Below are positions 59,560-64,000 of a stretch of DNA of 64,000 nucleotides, piece after piece. The DNA comes from an uncultured Acidimicrobiia bacterium. GTDB taxonomy: Bacteria; Actinomycetota; Acidimicrobiia; Spongiisociales; ZC4RG35. How positions within the stretch are numbered: position 1 is the stretch's first letter; each line of letters opens with the position of its first letter. The position numbers and the translations under genes were made by a program. Below the pieces are notes generated by a model. It was given only the letters and a program-made list of their open reading frames with translations. It was not told where the DNA came from and did no database searches. The DNA lies in contig CAVUUV010000010.1 in assembly GCA_963744905.1 (NCBI GenBank), forward strand, positions 31,916 to 95,915, read 5' to 3'.

Positions 59560-60202
59560 TCAGGCCAGTTCGAGGCCGTGGCGCTCGCACCGCCGCGATG
59601 CACATGTCTACCACGTACTGCTCGTACTTCTCTCGAGACCAGCCCCGTTCAACCACCAGCAGCAAGTAGGTCTCTTCGCTGTTGATCGCTTCGAGCTCGT
59701 CGATCAGTTGGTCGTAGGCTTCCCCGGCCAGCTCCCGCCCCAGAATCACCTCCGCCCCCCGTCGCATCTGACGGTGGCGCCATTCCACCATCGAGCCCAC
59801 CCACTCCTCGAGGCGCGGATCGCTCAAGGCGGCCGACCGGATCATCCGGGCGATCAACGCCAGCCCTTGCTCCTTGCCCACCGCACTGAGGTGAACACTC
59901 CTCCGCAGGCGTTCCAACGGCTCCGCTATCTCCCGGAGCTGGTCCAGATGCGTCTCGTGGCCCTCGTCCTGGTCGGTCCCGCCCCAATAGACGTGGCCGG
60001 CCACCGCGGTCACGATCGAAATCTTGTCCCCAAACGCCGCATAGACCGTTCGTTCCGCCACGCCCGCTTCCTCTGCGATGGCCCGGATCGTGGTCTCCGA
60101 ATAGCCACCGGTCACGAAGAGCCTGTGGGCGGCACCGATGATGGCCAGCCGGGTCTGGAGGGCCTGTTGTTCCCTCAGTGGTGATGAGTACTCCCTGGGC
60201 AT
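59560..60202 (-). CDS. TetR family regulator (apparent frameshift near 59587)
   Basis: HTH GYSETTIRAIAEEAGVAERTVYAAFGDK; plausible end ERHGLELA* in the +1 frame. Confidence 0.8.
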
Positions 60203-60220
60203 GCGTCCTCCAAGATACCC

Positions 60221-60260
60221 GTTGCAGTATCACTGTAGTCGTTGTAGGGTAACTGCATCG
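60221..60260. promoter_or_regulatory. Candidate TetR operator pair
   Basis: Two imperfect palindromes TGCAGT-ATC-ACTGTA and TGTAGG-GTA-ACTGCA, 20-bp period. Confidence 0.5.
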
Positions 60261-60283
60261 TAAGCGACAACGGAGGTATAGAG

Positions 60284-61006
60284 GTGCGATTCGATCTTCA
60301 GAGACTCGGAGGCCTATGCGCCATCCTCTACGCGGCCTTGGTGGTGGTAGCGCTCGGCATTCTCAGCGGGACCGGCTTCTCCAACGCCAAGACTGCCGAT
60401 GAGTTCCTGCCGATACTGGCGGGGAACAAGGGCGCAGCCGCCCTCGCCTCTGCGCTATTCGTGATCATGCCCCTCTTGTTGGCGGTTGCGGGCATGGCTT
60501 TCTTCAGGATGGTCCGGGGGGGTGACTCGATGGCCTGGGTAGCGCTTTTCGGCTTCGTCGGGGGTGGATTGGTCATCGTCTACCGGGGCTTCACCTGGAT
60601 GGCGATGACGCTGCAGCTGGCGCCGGCCTACGCCCATGCCGCTGCGGCCCAGAAAGCGGCATTGGCCGCAATGGCAGACACGCTCCGCGTCTTCTCCATG
60701 GGAGCAGACATGACGGGCGGTGTCCTGATCGGCGGAGTCGGCGTGCTGATCTACTCGGTGTTGATGCGGCGTCAGGGCCTGGGTCCTCGCTGGCTGACCT
60801 GGCTGGGGATGTTCGCCGCCTTCGTCGGTGGTTGGCTGACCCTACTGACCGGCGTGTCGCCGACCGCGGCGACCGTAAGCAGCGTCGGGAACCTGGGATT
60901 CTTCGTGTGGGTGGCTGCCGTGGGCATCATCGCCTGGCGGACCCCGCCTCCCGCATGGAAGACGGCGGACTCACAGCTGGGCGCCAGCTCGAAGCGAGTC
61001 CGATAG
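60284..61006 (+). CDS. DUF4386-like membrane protein
   Basis: About six TM helices, PRWLTWLG motif; GGAGG RBS. Confidence 0.7.
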   Translation: MRFDLQRLGGLCAILYAALVVVALGILSGTGFSNAKTADEFLPILAGNKGAAALASALFVIMPLLLAVAGMAFFRMVRGGDSMAWVALFGFVGGGLVIVYRGFTWMAMTLQLAPAYAHAAAAQKAALAAMADTLRVFSMGADMTGGVLIGGVGVLIYSVLMRRQGLGPRWLTWLGMFAAFVGGWLTLLTGVSPTAATVSSVGNLGFFVWVAAVGIIAWRTPPPAWKTADSQLGASSKRVR

Positions 61007-61015
61007 GAGTCGGAG

Positions 61016-61600
61016 CTGACACCAGACGACAGGCATCGCCCGGCTCCGGGCACGGTTTTCGAGAATCCGTCCGAGCTCACCGAGGTTCTGACAACGCCTG
61101 AGGAAACCGGAGACCGATACCAGGTGCGCCTGACCATTGGCCCGAACGGCGGCCCGGGCATCAGAGGTCTAGGTCCCCATCTGCACCCAGGTCTCATCGA
61201 GATTCTGCACTGCGTGTCCGGCACGATGCGGGCACGAGTCGGACGCCGGGTCGCCACACTCCCGCCGGGTGAACGTCTGGAGGTGCCGGCCGGTGTGGTG
61301 CACGGGTTCAAGAACACAGGAAACACGCCTCTGACAGTCAAAGTCGACATCGTGTTCACCCCGCCGGGTCCTCGACCTGAGGCAGATTTGATGGCGATAG
61401 GTTGGGCAATGTCCGGGTTCGTCCAGGCGGGAGAAGTCAGTCGGTGGACCGGATACCCCCCACTCCTCCACCTGGCGGTGATCGAAGACGCCCACCCGCA
61501 GGCAATGCGACAGGCGGGGCTGGTCGGGCGGATCATGCCCTCCTTGGCTTACCTCGGCCGACTGCGCGGATACCTGCCCTCCGCTGTCGAGGGGGCCTAG
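61016..61600 (+). CDS. Cupin domain protein (probable non-canonical CTG start)
   Basis: PHLHP..IE...G and VPAGVVHGF cupin motifs; family-like N-terminus PGTVFENP...TPEETG lies upstream of the first GTG (61124). Confidence 0.75.
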   Translation: MTPDDRHRPAPGTVFENPSELTEVLTTPEETGDRYQVRLTIGPNGGPGIRGLGPHLHPGLIEILHCVSGTMRARVGRRVATLPPGERLEVPAGVVHGFKNTGNTPLTVKVDIVFTPPGPRPEADLMAIGWAMSGFVQAGEVSRWTGYPPLLHLAVIEDAHPQAMRQAGLVGRIMPSLAYLGRLRGYLPSAVEGA

Positions 61601-61616
61601 CGCCGTCCCCGAGACC

Positions 61617-62999
61617 TCAGAGTGGGGCGCCGGGAGAGAGGGGCGAGCACGAATTTGCTCTCGCAACGCGGCCACCTGGCGGCGGACCGAGTCCGGACCG
61701 CCGCCGCCCGGGGAACGGCGACGTTGGACCGAGGATCTCCGGGTCGACCAATTCCATGTCCTCGGGTCGAAAGGCCGGATGGGCCCCGGCGAGCTCCTCC
61801 CCGGTCGCCGAATCCAGCGATCGGCCGCCGGCGACCAGACGACCCACCAGCGTCCCCACAGCATGATGGGCCTGGCGGAAGGGGACACCACGGCCCACCA
61901 GAGCCTCGGCCAGGTCGAGGGCGGTGGTCCACGACCCGGGGGCGGGCGGATGGAAGTCGGCGTCGGCCAGCATCGCCCCCAGCGCCTCGATGGTCCCCGC
62001 CAGCGTGTCGTCGAGGTCGAACACGTGGCGCTTGTCCTCTTGTAGGTCCCGGTTGTAGGCCAGCGGAAGGCCCTTTTGGAGTGCCAGGAGCGACGTGAGG
62101 GAGCCGATGGCCCCGGCCGCCCGCCCCCGGGCCAGTTCGGCCAGGTCGGGGTTCTTCTTCTGTGGCAGCGCCGACGAGCCGGTGGTATGAGCATCCGAGA
62201 ACGTCACCCACCCGAACTCGGCCGTCGACCACAGGATCAGCTCCTCGGCCAGCCGCGACAGACCCACCATCGCCTGGGCGCAACAGAAGCCGTACTCGGC
62301 CACGAAGTCGCGGGCGCCCACTGCATCCAGGCTGTTGGCGAAATGGTTGTTCCAGCCCAGTTGGGTGGCAGTGAACCCGGGGTCGAGGGGCAACGACGAG
62401 CCCCCCGACGCCCCCGCCCCCAGGGGCGAGACGGCTATGCGACGACGGGCGTCGGCCAACCGGTCGGCGTCTCGTAGAAGCCACCAGGCGTAGGCGGCAA
62501 GATGATGGCCCAACGAAATCGCCTGGGCCTGCTGGAGGTGGGTGTAGGAAGGAACCACGTCGTCGGCGTGGCGCTCGGCCAGGTCCGCCAGCAAACCGAC
62601 CAGGGCCAGAAGGTCGGCCTGGCGGTTGGTGGCCGCCTCGTCCAGGTAGAGACGCAGATCCAACGACACCTGGTCGTTGCGGGAGCGGCCGGTGTGCAGC
62701 TTGCCCCCCAGCTCCCCCACCAGCTCGATCAGACGCCGCTCCACGGCGCTGTGCACGTCCTCGTCGCTGTCGAGAAACTGGAACTTCCCGTCGGACGCCT
62801 CATCGGCGATCTGGTTCAGGCCCCGGGTGAGCTGGCCCGCTTCGGCGGCGGGGATGATCCCGGTATGAGCCAGCATGGCGACGTGGGCCAGCGAGCCCCT
62901 GACGTCGACGGCCAGGAGACGGTGATCCTCGGTGGTGGCGCTGTAGCGCCACAGGACCGGGTCGGGGTCATGGTCGAAGCGGCCGCTCCACATGGTCAC
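61617..62999 (-). CDS. argH: Argininosuccinate lyase (frameshift near 61740)
   Basis: MWSGRF, EDVHS, GRSRNDQ, TGSSALPQKKNPD, YNRDLQEDK; SVQRRRSPGG tail in the +1 frame. Confidence 0.92.
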   Translation of the reverse strand: MTMWSGRFDHDPDPVLWRYSATTEDHRLLAVDVRGSLAHVAMLAHTGIIPAAEAGQLTRGLNQIADEASDGKFQFLDSDEDVHSAVERRLIELVGELGGKLHTGRSRNDQVSLDLRLYLDEAATNRQADLLALVGLLADLAERHADDVVPSYTHLQQAQAISLGHHLAAYAWWLLRDADRLADARRRIAVSPLGAGASGGSSLPLDPGFTATQLGWNNHFANSLDAVGARDFVAEYGFCCAQAMVGLSRLAEELILWSTAEFGWVTFSDAHTTGSSALPQKKNPDLAELARGRAAGAIGSLTSLLALQKGLPLAYNRDLQEDKRHVFDLDDTLAGTIEALGAMLADADFHPPAPGSWTTALDLAEALVGRGVPFRQAHHAVGTLVGRLVAGGRSLDSATGEELAGAHPAFRPEDMELVDPEILGPTSPFPGRRRSGLGPPPGGRVARANSCSPLSPGAPL

Positions 63000-63009
63000 G
63001 GGCGGTCGC

Positions 63010-64000
63010 TCACTCCCCCTCCCCCAACAGCTCCTCACCCAGCTTGCGGAGGCGAAGGGCGTTGAGGCGGATGAAGCCGGCCGCGTCGGCCTGGTCGTAC
63101 ACGTCGTCTTCCTCGAAGGTGACAGTGGCGTGATCGTAGAGGTCGTAGTGCTCCGAGCGGCGACCCTCGATCCAGACTCCACCCTTGTACAGCTTGAGAC
63201 GGGCCTGACCGTTGACCCGGCGCTGGATGTCGTCCATGAAGGCCTGCAGGGCGCGCCGCTCGGGTGAGAACCAGAAACCGTTGTAGACCATCTCGGCATA
63301 GCGAGGGACCAGCTCGTCGCGCAGATGGGTGACTTCCCGATCCAGGGTTATCGACTCCACTGCCCGATGGGCGTGATAGAGCAGCGTCCCCCCCGGGGTC
63401 TCGTAGACCCCGCGGCTCTTCATCCCCACGAAGCGGTTCTCGACGATGTCGATACGGCCCACGCCGTGACGGCCGGCGATCTCGTTGGCCCGGGTGAGAA
63501 GCGCGACCGGCTCCAGCTTCTCGCCGTTTATGGCTACCGGCGATCCCGCCTCGAAGCCGACCGTGACGATCTCGGGCTCGTCGGGGGCTTCCTCGGGATC
63601 GGTCGTACGCCGGAACATGCCCCTGGGAGGTGCCTCCCAGGGATCCTCGAGCACCCCTCCCTCATAGGAGATGTGCATGAGGTTGGCGTCCATCGAGTAG
63701 GGCTTCTCGGGCGTGACGGGAACGGGAATGCCCCGGGACTCCGCATAGGCGACGCAATCGGCCCGGCCCTTCAGGTCCCACTCCCGCCAGGGGGCGATGA
63801 CCCTGATGTCGGGATCGATTGCGTAGGCCGACAACTCGAAACGCACCTGGTCGTTGCCCTTGCCGGTGGCACCATGGGCAATGGCGTCCGCCCCGACCGC
63901 TTTGGCGGTGCGCATCAGCCCCCGGGTGATGATGGGGCGGGCCAGCGACGTGCCCAACAGGTAGTAGCCCTCATAGATGGCGGAGGCTCTCAGAGCGGGA
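63010..64000 (-). CDS. argG: Argininosuccinate synthase (5' end outside window)
   Basis: [36 protein letters not shown]. Confidence 0.95.
   Translation of the reverse strand, partial: PALRASAIYEGYYLLGTSLARPIITRGLMRTAKAVGADAIAHGATGKGNDQVRFELSAYAIDPDIRVIAPWREWDLKGRADCVAYAESRGIPVPVTPEKPYSMDANLMHISYEGGVLEDPWEAPPRGMFRRTTDPEEAPDEPEIVTVGFEAGSPVAINGEKLEPVALLTRANEIAGRHGVGRIDIVENRFVGMKSRGVYETPGGTLLYHAHRAVESITLDREVTHLRDELVPRYAEMVYNGFWFSPERRALQAFMDDIQRRVNGQARLKLYKGGVWIEGRRSEHYDLYDHATVTFEEDDVYDQADAAGFIRLNALRLRKLGEELLGEGE

Noticed and set aside
58859-60202. 447-aa TetR with long C-terminal extension
   Set aside because: Extension is out-of-frame read-through over the dehalogenase; a +1 indel near 59587 explains it

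Overview
GC-rich actinobacterial chromosome segment. Gene content (PAC2, bS22, Cys-paired SLH proteins, Mtu-type DnaB intein) suggests class Acidimicrobiia; this is inference. It carries mostly housekeeping and catabolic genes: purine-catabolism genes, acs, a Rieske oxygenase, a DddP-like lyase, lnt, csoR-copZ-copA, coaE, thrB, tRNA-Gly(CCC), dcd, dnaB with an intein, rpsF-ssb-rpsR-rplI, panB, nfo, pyrE, pepP, a haloalkane dehalogenase and argH/argG. Several features are invisible in the ORF track. (1) A CxxU Rdx/SelW-type selenoprotein with a SECIS-like hairpin (17942-18172, minus strand). (2) A candidate sRNA with a perfect sigma28/WhiG-type promoter, C/U-rich anti-Shine-Dalgarno motifs and a terminator (38670-38820). 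(3) Three sequence-unrelated families of ~160-bp MITE-like elements (six copies) that insert at CTA(G/A) and share a structured core, GCAAGG-N41-43-RACRCAG. (4) A tandem SLH cassette locus with constant N-termini, variable C-termini and an orphan SLH fragment. (5) Degenerate tRNA-Gly 3' copies that look like integration scars. (6) A HAL-like lyase lacking the MIO triad. At least five genes carry +1 frameshifts, which most likely reflect sequencing indels.
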